From contig DXJL01000113.1 in NCBI GenBank assembly GCA_019057635.1, positions 51,713 through 115,712 of the forward strand: a DNA stretch of 64,000 bases, written 5' to 3'. The stretch is from Candidatus Heimdallarchaeota archaeon. GTDB lineage: Archaea; Asgardarchaeota; Heimdallarchaeia; Hodarchaeales; Hodarchaeaceae. The notes below the pieces were generated by a model. The model saw nothing but the letters and a program-made list of their open reading frames with translations, did no database searches and was not told where the DNA came from. Each line of letters opens with the position of its first letter. Position 1 is the stretch's first letter. A program made the translations under genes and the position numbers. Shown in pieces: positions 50,543 to 59,087 of this stretch.

Positions 50543-51169
50543 CTAAGAGACATTAATTTTGGTGCCAGATTGTTCTAAACACTCTTCTTTGGTCAGTTCA
50601 ACCTCAAGAACTCCATTTTTAAATTTAGCAGCTGCAGATTCAGGAACAATTGTACAAGGAAGATCTATTTCCTTATAATACTTCCGACGGTGATCATCTG
50701 ACTCGGCTTGTATTAATAGACTTTTTTCTGTGGCAGATAGATCTACATTCTCCTTTCTTACACCTGGAATTTCAGCAATAACCCGTAGAACTTCTGTATC
50801 CTCAATAACATCAACAAGTGGTTCACGTTCAGGAGAAGATCTATATTGACTTTTTCCAGATTCTACTTTCTGTGGAGTATTACCGAATCTTTCGATACGG
50901 GGACGCCCATCTGGACCATTCGTCATCCGAAATCCCCAAACAAATCCTGGAGTATCTCCAAGGCCACCTTTTGGGGAAATGAAGTTAAATCGCCGTAATA
51001 GATCTTCGATAAACATGTCCATTGTATCGAAGACATTTTCAAAATCAAACCCTGCACCAAACTGATTCATGAAATGGTTGATAAAGTCATCAAAGGGGTT
51101 TTCATTTCGTCGTCTCCGCCTTGGAAAGCGGTCATCATCATCATTATTATCTCCTGTAGAGTTAGGCAT
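50543..51169 (-). CDS. hsp20: Archaeal small heat-shock protein Hsp20
   Basis: GPDGRPRIERFGN, REPLVDV, AEIPGV, FKNGVLEV. Confidence 0.95.
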   Translation of the reverse strand: MPNSTGDNNDDDDRFPRRRRRNENPFDDFINHFMNQFGAGFDFENVFDTMDMFIEDLLRRFNFISPKGGLGDTPGFVWGFRMTNGPDGRPRIERFGNTPQKVESGKSQYRSSPEREPLVDVIEDTEVLRVIAEIPGVRKENVDLSATEKSLLIQAESDDHRRKYYKEIDLPCTIVPESAAAKFKNGVLEVELTKEECLEQSGTKINVS

Positions 51170-51224
51170 ATCACATCTCTTCCTTTACTTCTGGATTTAT
51201 TTGATTAACAATAATAGGAAGTGA

Positions 51225-51262
51225 TTTATAAATTTATTCACAAGGGATAATTTTATTCACAA
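51225..51262. promoter_or_regulatory. TATA-like box plus direct repeat TTTATTCACAA x2 upstream of hsp20
   Basis: TTTATAAA at 51225-51232; repeats at 51233-51243 and 51252-51262. Confidence 0.45.
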
Positions 51263-51488
51263 CTAGTGATGAAATTAAAGATGTCTTACAGTGGCGAATG
51301 GTATAAGTATTCTTTCTTAATATTGCTAAAACTCTAAAAATTTTACCTTAATAAGAGAATGTAGGCATTAAAAATCTCTAATTGCAGAAATGAAATTTGC
51401 CCTTTTTCGAATATTTTTTATACCTCTCACCCGCTTCTTCCAATATACAAGAACAGTAATTGCTGAAATAGATTCCGAGGAAACTACA

Positions 51489-52250
51489 ATGGAAAGTCCG
51501 AGATCTGCAGAAGAAATTCGAAAAATTGAACTAAATCTGGAAGAATTAGTTACAAAATTCCAAAGCAGAGTTCAATTAATACGAGACGATTTAAAATCTC
51601 TAATAAATGAGCTCGAGTTATTAAGGACACATATTGGAGACTTAAGAAGGACGTCGAATGAACATACTAGAGAAATTTCCGATTTAACAAACGATCAGCA
51701 GGCTTTATTAAACGAAGTGGCAGAGATCGAAAAAGAGATTTCTGTTCATGAATCGAACCTGAATTCACATAATCAAAAGCTCTCTCAGTATCAATCCCGA
51801 TTAACGACTGATAAAAATCTCCTTACAGGATTGGAATCCGAAAAATCATCATTATCAACAATATTGAAAACTGATAAACAAGAACTTCTTACTTTAAAGG
51901 ATAACTATGATGAATTACAGCCAAAATTTGAATCTAAAATCCAAATAGTTCAAGAAAAGTGTGAGCGTCTAAAAAACGACAAGGATATGCTTACATACAA
52001 ATTTAAGGCAATACGAATATTGAGTCAGTCTTATTTACAAACTCCAGAGGTAAATTTGATAAGATTCTTAGCAAACAAACCAAATCCCCAATCAACAGTA
52101 GTTGAAATTCGATCTGCTCTTGGAATTGACCCTGAATCTTTGAAAACTATCTTGAAAAAACTCGCTGAAAGAAATGTTCTTGAATTTGATTCAGCTGTGG
52201 ACACCATTGAAGTGAGCGCAAAGATAGATTTATTCGAGAAGGAGATATAA
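51489..52250 (+). CDS. Long coiled-coil protein with C-terminal winged helix
   Basis: Heptad-rich body; C-terminal EIRSALG...LKKLAERNVLEF; GAGGA before ATG 51489. Confidence 0.75.
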   Translation: MESPRSAEEIRKIELNLEELVTKFQSRVQLIRDDLKSLINELELLRTHIGDLRRTSNEHTREISDLTNDQQALLNEVAEIEKEISVHESNLNSHNQKLSQYQSRLTTDKNLLTGLESEKSSLSTILKTDKQELLTLKDNYDELQPKFESKIQIVQEKCERLKNDKDMLTYKFKAIRILSQSYLQTPEVNLIRFLANKPNPQSTVVEIRSALGIDPESLKTILKKLAERNVLEFDSAVDTIEVSAKIDLFEKEI

Positions 52251-52253
52251 TTA

Positions 52254-52988
52254 ATGGAAACAGATACAATCCGTGAGAAATATATCCGCAGCGAAGAGGC
52301 TCTAAATCGATTGAGAGATGATATTTCCCAGCTTATTTTCACCCGTCTGCAAGATATAAAAAGCACACAGGAATACCTTGAAACTTTGATAAAGGAAAAA
52401 GAAGCTGTTGATGCTGACATAACTGAACAAGAAGCTAAAATGGCCTCACTCAAAGATGATATTGAGAGTAAGAAGAGTTTAGTTAAGAAATTGAAGCAAA
52501 AACAGGCGCAGGTCATTGAAGAAGAACAAAACAAAGAAATACGAACTCGTGAAATAGATAGAGAATTACAGACTGTTCAGGTGAATTCGGAAACAATCAA
52601 GAAAGAGATTGAGAAGGCAAAATTGGATGTAGATAATACTAAAATTACCATTTCTGATTATGGATTAAAAATGCAAAATCTAGAATCAAAATTAACACAA
52701 GAAATTGAACAAAAGAAACAGGAAAATACCCTCCTAACTCAGGAAATAAAACAAATTCAAAATGAGAACGGAATTCTCTCATTTCTTTTAGAAGAATCAG
52801 CGGAAGATATTCCCGAGGTAGAAATACTAGCCGAATTAATGAGGAAAGGTAGAATTACAATGGATCAACTCAAAAAATCATTAGAGGGACGAACTTCTCC
52901 AGTTATTATAACTAGAACTATAGGACGTATGATGGAAAAGGGATTAATTACTTTCCATGAAGCAAATGATACTTATAGCGCTGGATAA
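52254..52988 (+). CDS. Long coiled-coil protein with C-terminal winged helix
   Basis: Heptad-rich body; PEVEIL...IGRMMEKGLITF. Confidence 0.75.
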   Translation: METDTIREKYIRSEEALNRLRDDISQLIFTRLQDIKSTQEYLETLIKEKEAVDADITEQEAKMASLKDDIESKKSLVKKLKQKQAQVIEEEQNKEIRTREIDRELQTVQVNSETIKKEIEKAKLDVDNTKITISDYGLKMQNLESKLTQEIEQKKQENTLLTQEIKQIQNENGILSFLLEESAEDIPEVEILAELMRKGRITMDQLKKSLEGRTSPVIITRTIGRMMEKGLITFHEANDTYSAG

Positions 52989-53068
52989 ATGGAAAAAAAA
53001 ACTAATGTCAAGAAATCTGGCAAGTATATCCTTTAAAATTTTGCAGATCTAGTAACTTTGGTCTTAAG

Positions 53069-54112
53069 ATGAAAAGGAGTATTGATCAAGAATTGTGGGA
53101 TTTTCAGAGGGAATTAAGATCAGGAAAACTTCAGTGTACAGCATGTCCACGTCTATGCCAGCTCATAGATAATGAAGTGGGTTGGTGTGGAGCTCGAGTG
53201 CGCAAAGGGATAAAAGTTGAACCCCGAACTTATGGACTAATACATGGAAGATTAGCTGAAGATCCTATAGAAAAAAAACCACTCTATCATTTTTATCCAG
53301 GGAAAAAAATCCTTTCATTCGGGTCCTACGGATGTAATCTTGGCTGTCTACATTGTCAAAATTGGCACATTTCAATGCAAAAAGAGAAGAGTGATATATC
53401 TAAACTTATTAAAATTTCTCCAGAAGAAATAGTCAATGAATGTTTAGCCAGAAAAATGACATTAATTGCTTCAACCTATAACGAACCAATGATTGCTTTT
53501 GAATACGTGCGAGATATTGCCAATCTAGCCCATGATCACAACATAAAAATGGTAGTTGTTGATAATGGATACATAACGAGAAAATTGGCTGAAGCTCTTG
53601 CATCACATATTGATGCTGCCAACATCGATATTAAGGGATTTTCTTCAGAATTTTACAAAGAAATATGTGGCTCACCTTCCTGGAAACCTGTTTTGAGGAC
53701 ATGTGAAATATTCTACAAGCATGGAGTCCATCTAGAACTTACTAATCTTGTAATACCTACAAAAAATGACTTCGATTCCATGATACGTGAGATGTGTGAA
53801 TGGATTTCTGAAAACCTTAGTCCATTGATCCCTCTCCATTTCTCCGCTTTTCGACCTGACTATAAATTAAATTCCTTGCCACATACACCGATAAAAACTT
53901 TAGAGAAGGCTATTCGAATTGCTAACGATGTTGGTTTGAAATATGTTTACATCGGGAATGTTTCAGGACATAAAGGGAATCATACATACTGTCATAATTG
54001 CGAAAAACTAATTATTAAACGGGAGAGGTATAATACAAGTGTTATCAATCTGAGGGGAGCTAGTTGTTCCTCTTGTGGAACCAAACTCCCTATAATTGTT
54101 GCCAACGAGTAA
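53069..54112 (+). CDS. amrS: AmmeMemoRadiSam system radical SAM enzyme
   Basis: DPIEKKPLYHFYPG, CNLGCLHCQNW, TYNEP, YVYIGNV. Confidence 0.92.
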   Translation: MKRSIDQELWDFQRELRSGKLQCTACPRLCQLIDNEVGWCGARVRKGIKVEPRTYGLIHGRLAEDPIEKKPLYHFYPGKKILSFGSYGCNLGCLHCQNWHISMQKEKSDISKLIKISPEEIVNECLARKMTLIASTYNEPMIAFEYVRDIANLAHDHNIKMVVVDNGYITRKLAEALASHIDAANIDIKGFSSEFYKEICGSPSWKPVLRTCEIFYKHGVHLELTNLVIPTKNDFDSMIREMCEWISENLSPLIPLHFSAFRPDYKLNSLPHTPIKTLEKAIRIANDVGLKYVYIGNVSGHKGNHTYCHNCEKLIIKRERYNTSVINLRGASCSSCGTKLPIIVANE

Positions 54113-54116
54113 AATA

Positions 54117-54578
54117 TCATCCGACAGGCTTAATTTTATAGGGTATTTGTTCAATTTGATCTTCTAGAAGTGTAAACGCAATTAGTTTATTTGGATAGGC
54201 TCCAATAAACCATATATAGGGGAAAGGCCATAATTTCATAAAAGATTTATCTTTCTTTGAAGGGAAAAGATGAGCCTTAGCTGGATGAGAGTGAAAAAAT
54301 CCAAGGAGAATTTTCTCTTGCTTCTGGAATATATCGATATATTTTACTAAAATTCCGTAATCAATGGAAAAACTATTTGGAGAGGAATCTAAGTTTTCCA
54401 TTTCAAAAAAATGATCAACTCTTATCTTTTTTCTTGTTATTATTCCAAATAAAGCTCCCACCTGCTCAATTAAACTCTCTACTTTAAGAAGATTAGTAAT
54501 TGCGCTATTTACCTCGTTCATGATTTCTAATTCAGGTACTAGCATCGTTAATTCATTTTTACTCTTCAAGAATATCAT
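54117..54578 (-). CDS. JAB/MPN+ (JAMM) metalloprotease
   Basis: E...FHSHP.....PS..D. Confidence 0.88.
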   Translation of the reverse strand: MIFLKSKNELTMLVPELEIMNEVNSAITNLLKVESLIEQVGALFGIITRKKIRVDHFFEMENLDSSPNSFSIDYGILVKYIDIFQKQEKILLGFFHSHPAKAHLFPSKKDKSFMKLWPFPYIWFIGAYPNKLIAFTLLEDQIEQIPYKIKPVG

Positions 54579-55932
54579 GTGCTGTTAATATCTTAGCTTT
54601 AAATCCAATCCTTCTCAATTCCTCTGCATATCGTTTTTGTGCATTAGGTTCTCCATGAATTGCATAGATTTTTTGTGGTGTAGAATATTGAACCATTTGG
54701 ACTAGCCCTTCTAATGATGAATGCCCTGAAAATTGAAATTGTTTAATTTCAAGGTCTAACGAAACATCAAACACCTGGCCAAAACCGTTATCTAGTTTAA
54801 CGTTTTTCTCACCGTTTGCAATATCTGATCCCATAGTTCCCTCAACTTGATATCCTACGATATACAATCCATTACGTGGGTTGCCTCCACCCATTCGTAG
54901 ATAATCATAGACTGGTCCGCCTTCCATCATACCTGATGTTGTTAAAATTATACTTTGCTGGTCTCTGGTAATCAGGAGCTCCCGCTTCTTTGATCGTTTT
55001 TTTTTCATAGCTACATCATCTAATACTCGAATTCCCTCATGATCAAAAGGAGTTCTATATCCTTTATCCTTGAGCTCAATCAGAATGCGAGGAGAGACCC
55101 ATTTATCATTCATATACCGCTCATAGATGGCATTCATATCAAGTATCATACCATCAATATAAAGGGGAAATTTGTGAAGGAATGAATCGAAATCGCTTGC
55201 CAAATACGCTTGAATCTCTTGTGATCGACCGAGAGCAAAAGAGGGAATTATCGCTTTTCCGCCTCTTGAATAACAATTTAGTAAAGATTTCGTTAGATTT
55301 GATGTAACCGTTTTTCGTCCTTCGATTCGTCTATTTGCATTTGTGGTTTCTGTTATTAATATGTCAATAGGGTCATCAGGATCTGGAAATTGGATTGGAT
55401 CATGGTAGGGAGTTTTCGCATCATTAAAATCTCCCGTATATAATATTCGGGTTCCTTCCCAATCAAGGAGAATATATGCACTCCCTAGTATATGGCTAGC
55501 ATCCAGAAATTCAGCAGTTATCCCACTCGCAATCTTGAATTTTTTACGATAATTATGAGTTTCAATTTTCATCATTGCAGTCTGTAGATGAGAGATACCA
55601 TAATGATGGGGTCCTTCAATTTTCAAATGATCTTTCCAAAGGATCTGAACAATATCCTTTGTTGGCGTTGTCATATGAATAGACCCACGAAATCCAGCTC
55701 GATAAAGTGCTGGTGTATATCCAGAATGGTCAATATGAGCATGAGAAATAAGAATTGCATTCGTTTCATCAGCAAATCTGTCAACATCAGGAGCTGTGGA
55801 AACACGGCCTGTTCTTCGGGGGTGTAGTTGAATCCCTGCGTCAAACACCACTCTTCGATGATCGCTATCTGAGATCATCACACAAGATTTTCCCACGGAG
55901 TCAGAAGCGCCGAGTACACTAATTTCTAACAT
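54559..55932 (-). CDS. beta-CASP ribonuclease (CPSF73-like, no KH domains)
   Basis: SHAHIDHSG, HILGS, YTGD, FALGRSQE, FSGH, IHGE. Confidence 0.92.
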   Translation of the reverse strand: MLEISVLGASDSVGKSCVMISDSDHRRVVFDAGIQLHPRRTGRVSTAPDVDRFADETNAILISHAHIDHSGYTPALYRAGFRGSIHMTTPTKDIVQILWKDHLKIEGPHHYGISHLQTAMMKIETHNYRKKFKIASGITAEFLDASHILGSAYILLDWEGTRILYTGDFNDAKTPYHDPIQFPDPDDPIDILITETTNANRRIEGRKTVTSNLTKSLLNCYSRGGKAIIPSFALGRSQEIQAYLASDFDSFLHKFPLYIDGMILDMNAIYERYMNDKWVSPRILIELKDKGYRTPFDHEGIRVLDDVAMKKKRSKKRELLITRDQQSIILTTSGMMEGGPVYDYLRMGGGNPRNGLYIVGYQVEGTMGSDIANGEKNVKLDNGFGQVFDVSLDLEIKQFQFSGHSSLEGLVQMVQYSTPQKIYAIHGEPNAQKRYAEELRRIGFKAKILTAHDILEE

Positions 55933-56110
55933 CTTACATCAAGTTATTTAATATTTGTTTTCTGATTTTTAGTTATTTTCTGTCCTACTGACAGTTGAGC
56001 ACATTGTATTGCGAAAACTACTCATTATAGCAATGATTGAGCAGTACTAAAAGAACTATTCCGTGACGTAAAACACTTTAAGATAGAGAATATACTTCAT
56101 TATTTGAATT

Positions 56111-56827
56111 ATGATGATATCAGACCTTCAGGAGATTTCAATTTCTGCAATTCTATTAGGAGTAATTATACTCTTTTTAGGTTCCTTCCTTGATATTCCA
56201 GATCTTTACAACATAGGATTCATCATTTTGGCGTTAGGATTTATTTTAATCATCATTCAATGGATCGCGAGTGGGGGTGTAGTTGAAATTTTAAATTGGC
56301 TTCCTATTATTCTCATATTTACCATTGTTACTTCTTTAAGTAGTGATTTTGTTTCTCAATCAAGTACAACACAAATTTTAACTTGGCCATCCGTTGTAAT
56401 CGTTTTATTTGTTATAGTTTTCTTTGTCCTCTTCCAAGGTGGAGATCTATCTTTTTTAATGCAATTTTTACCTGTTATTATTGGCTTTAGCCTTCTTGGC
56501 CTTGTTTTCGGTCAATTATTGTGGGAAGATGCTTTTAGAGGTTTGGCATACAGTGTCGGATTCTTAGGAATTGCTATCTTGCTATTATGGCTTAACGTGA
56601 GAAAATCGCTACAAAAACCCCCAGTAACAGGTGAATTATCAACAATTGTTGGAGAAAACGGTGTAGCTATAACTAACATCTCTCAGCAACATGGAGGAAA
56701 AGTAAAAGTTGGAACAGCCATCTGGAGGGCAACAAGTGACTCTTACATTCAGGAAGGAGAAATCATTCGTGTAATAGGGACTGGAGTAAAAAATCTAGTT
56801 CTAGAGGTTCAAGCCAAAAAACCTTAG
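56111..56827 (+). CDS. NfeD-like membrane protein
   Basis: About six TM segments plus C-terminal OB domain (G.VKV...WRA). Confidence 0.8.
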   Translation: MMISDLQEISISAILLGVIILFLGSFLDIPDLYNIGFIILALGFILIIIQWIASGGVVEILNWLPIILIFTIVTSLSSDFVSQSSTTQILTWPSVVIVLFVIVFFVLFQGGDLSFLMQFLPVIIGFSLLGLVFGQLLWEDAFRGLAYSVGFLGIAILLLWLNVRKSLQKPPVTGELSTIVGENGVAITNISQQHGGKVKVGTAIWRATSDSYIQEGEIIRVIGTGVKNLVLEVQAKKP

Positions 56828-56967
56828 GATTCTTCATTATTCACTACAATCATTAGAAAATTTTTTTGAAATAAAGGGAGTGACCTTTTTATGACTCGTA
56901 ATTTTCCATATACTTTTAGGGTAGGCATTTTTATATTCCTAAAATGTTGTCATGGTAAAAAAACATT

Positions 56968-57044
56968 GGGCCGGTGGTCTAGCCCGGTATGACGCTAGTC
57001 TCACACACTAGAAGTCGGTAGTTCAAATCTGCCTCGGCCCACCA
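56968..57044 (+). tRNA. tRNA-Val(CAC), CCA encoded
   Basis: GGGCCGG/TCGGCCC acceptor; CTAGT-CT CAC AC-ACTAG; GTTCAAATC. Confidence 0.96.
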
Positions 57045-57181
57045 ATTTTATCATTACAATCCTCATAAGAAACATAGGGAATTGAGCGAACTACTCAATT
57101 TCGTAACTAATTACCTTACATCCCAAAGTATTTTCGTATTAGGTACCTAAATTCTTTTTATTTAATTCAGCAAGTCTATGA

Positions 57182-58300
57182 ATGATGAATATTCACAGTA
57201 AATCCAGACTTCCGATTTCGGATTGGGGCCTTATTATCATTTTCGTTATGATTTATCCGTTAGCTGTCGGTGTAACTTTAGTTTATTTCTTCTATAGCTA
57301 TAATGATAGGACTATCCAATTACTCTTTTTGAACATCATAATGCTCATATTTCTGGCCGTTTTTCTCTATTTGTATCGATCAGCATTCCATAGACTTGAC
57401 ATATATGCTAAAAAAGTCGATTTCTATCATTTTACTCCCTCTCTGGCCGATTTTTTTATTCATTTGATTAAACAAGTTTATTATGTGCTTTTTCTTGGAT
57501 TTTTGTTTAATTTTATCATTGAATTCTTGATTTCTGATTCTAATATTGATTTAACAGTGTATTTGGGATTCTCTATTGGCACTTCTCTTATTTTAGAGGG
57601 ATTTTTCCTAGTTATTCGAATGCGAAGTAAAATCTCTCTAATAAATACAGCTCAAGAATCTGTAAAAGATGATATCATAAAAGACATAAACCTAAATCAT
57701 CCAGAAAGTGAGAAAATTAGTGAATATCGATTTGCTGATATTCAAGTACCATCCTTATTCCTTTCTGCGGGAGTAACAACCTTTGGCATAAACAATTACA
57801 TTTGTTTAGTTTCTAGATATTTTAATTGGAAATTAAATGACAAAGAATTAATCGCAGTCTTATTACATGAAGTTGGCCACGTCAAGAACAATCACATAAG
57901 GAAATCATATATGATCCTTGGAACAGAAGTAATCTTACGCTCGATTAGGATCTTTATTGTAATAATCGCGCTTCTAGTTTTTTCTCAACAACACGAAAAT
58001 TTTGACATAGATCTCTATTCATTACTTTATCTAAGCTTGATTCTTAGTGTATTCCTTACATCCGCGTTTTTAACATTTTTTCTGAAATATCGTTTCTTTT
58101 TGGGAGAAATCTGGGCTGATGAATATTCTGCAAATAAGGTAGGTGCACTGGAACTAGCAAGTATCTTACGGAAACTTCCAAAACTTATTCCTTCCCCTTT
58201 AGCCTATGATCAATCTTCATTTCTAGGATTCAGAGTAAATTTATTGAGGAATTCGGTAAAAGATCTTCAAGATGTGAATAATCAAAAAATCAATCAATGA
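57182..58300 (+). CDS. M48-family (HtpX/Ste24-like) membrane metalloprotease
   Basis: ELIAVLLHEVGH, E..AD, multiple TM segments. Confidence 0.85.
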   Translation: MMNIHSKSRLPISDWGLIIIFVMIYPLAVGVTLVYFFYSYNDRTIQLLFLNIIMLIFLAVFLYLYRSAFHRLDIYAKKVDFYHFTPSLADFFIHLIKQVYYVLFLGFLFNFIIEFLISDSNIDLTVYLGFSIGTSLILEGFFLVIRMRSKISLINTAQESVKDDIIKDINLNHPESEKISEYRFADIQVPSLFLSAGVTTFGINNYICLVSRYFNWKLNDKELIAVLLHEVGHVKNNHIRKSYMILGTEVILRSIRIFIVIIALLVFSQQHENFDIDLYSLLYLSLILSVFLTSAFLTFFLKYRFFLGEIWADEYSANKVGALELASILRKLPKLIPSPLAYDQSSFLGFRVNLLRNSVKDLQDVNNQKINQ

Positions 58301-59039
58301 TATTGATTTCTACCTCATCTATTCCCATGGATGATAAAAGTGAAGATAAAAATTCTTCAAAGAAACATCCGCCTTTTTCAATCTTGCAGAAATAGCAGTC
58401 GTAGCAATATAGAAAGTACTTGAGATCTTCACGCTTCACATGTTCACCATCTAATTGCATGATTAGTTGATCTATTCGAGCTAAAACGAAATTTCGGCCT
58501 TTTGATAATGCTTGTTTAAAGGATTCGTGATGTTTCTCGAGCAAACGATTCCCAATTTTTCGTCCTAATGTATCCAAGCCTTCCTGTAAGTATTCTTCTT
58601 CTGTGAGCAATCCATCTTCGATTAAAAAAAGGAGAAGAGCGATTTTCTTGCCAAGAGGGAGGAGTATCTCATCTGCGTCTTCAGAAAAACTATCAAAGAT
58701 AGCGAGGTCTACAACCTCACGCTGCCACATTACCTCGGGAAATTTGGTGAAAAACCGTTCTAGAAGATGATCAATTTCTTTTTCACACCATTGGGGATTT
58801 ATTGTTGATTCAATAAAAATCACAAAGAGTAAAGGTTGTTCCCGTTTTTTAAAGAAAAGAGAAACTTTGGACATTTGTAATATATCTATAGCGTCATTCT
58901 CCACTGCAGTAGCGTAATTATATAATGCGCTAATAAGTCCAGATCGAAGGACAATGTCTGTTGAATTTCCAGTCTGATATTTCCTATGAAACAAAACCGT
59001 TCCTGATTCGTGAATACAGAGAAATTCCCTAATTATCAT
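58290..59039 (-). CDS. Longin-domain protein with C-terminal Bet3/V4R-like domain
   Basis: I.ESG..LF...SGLISAL longin pattern; LGRKIGNRLLE; CYDCYFC...GC. Confidence 0.65.
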   Translation of the reverse strand: MIIREFLCIHESGTVLFHRKYQTGNSTDIVLRSGLISALYNYATAVENDAIDILQMSKVSLFFKKREQPLLFVIFIESTINPQWCEKEIDHLLERFFTKFPEVMWQREVVDLAIFDSFSEDADEILLPLGKKIALLLFLIEDGLLTEEEYLQEGLDTLGRKIGNRLLEKHHESFKQALSKGRNFVLARIDQLIMQLDGEHVKREDLKYFLYCYDCYFCKIEKGGCFFEEFLSSLLSSMGIDEVEINIID

Positions 59040-59087
59040 TTTTTATCCTCATTTAGCAGAGAATTACTCTTATGTCAAATTAAAACT

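Noticed and set aside
52031-52534. 167-aa minus-strand ORF and the other short nested ORFs in the track
   Set aside because: They are antisense or alternate-frame shadows of well-supported genes and carry no motifs.
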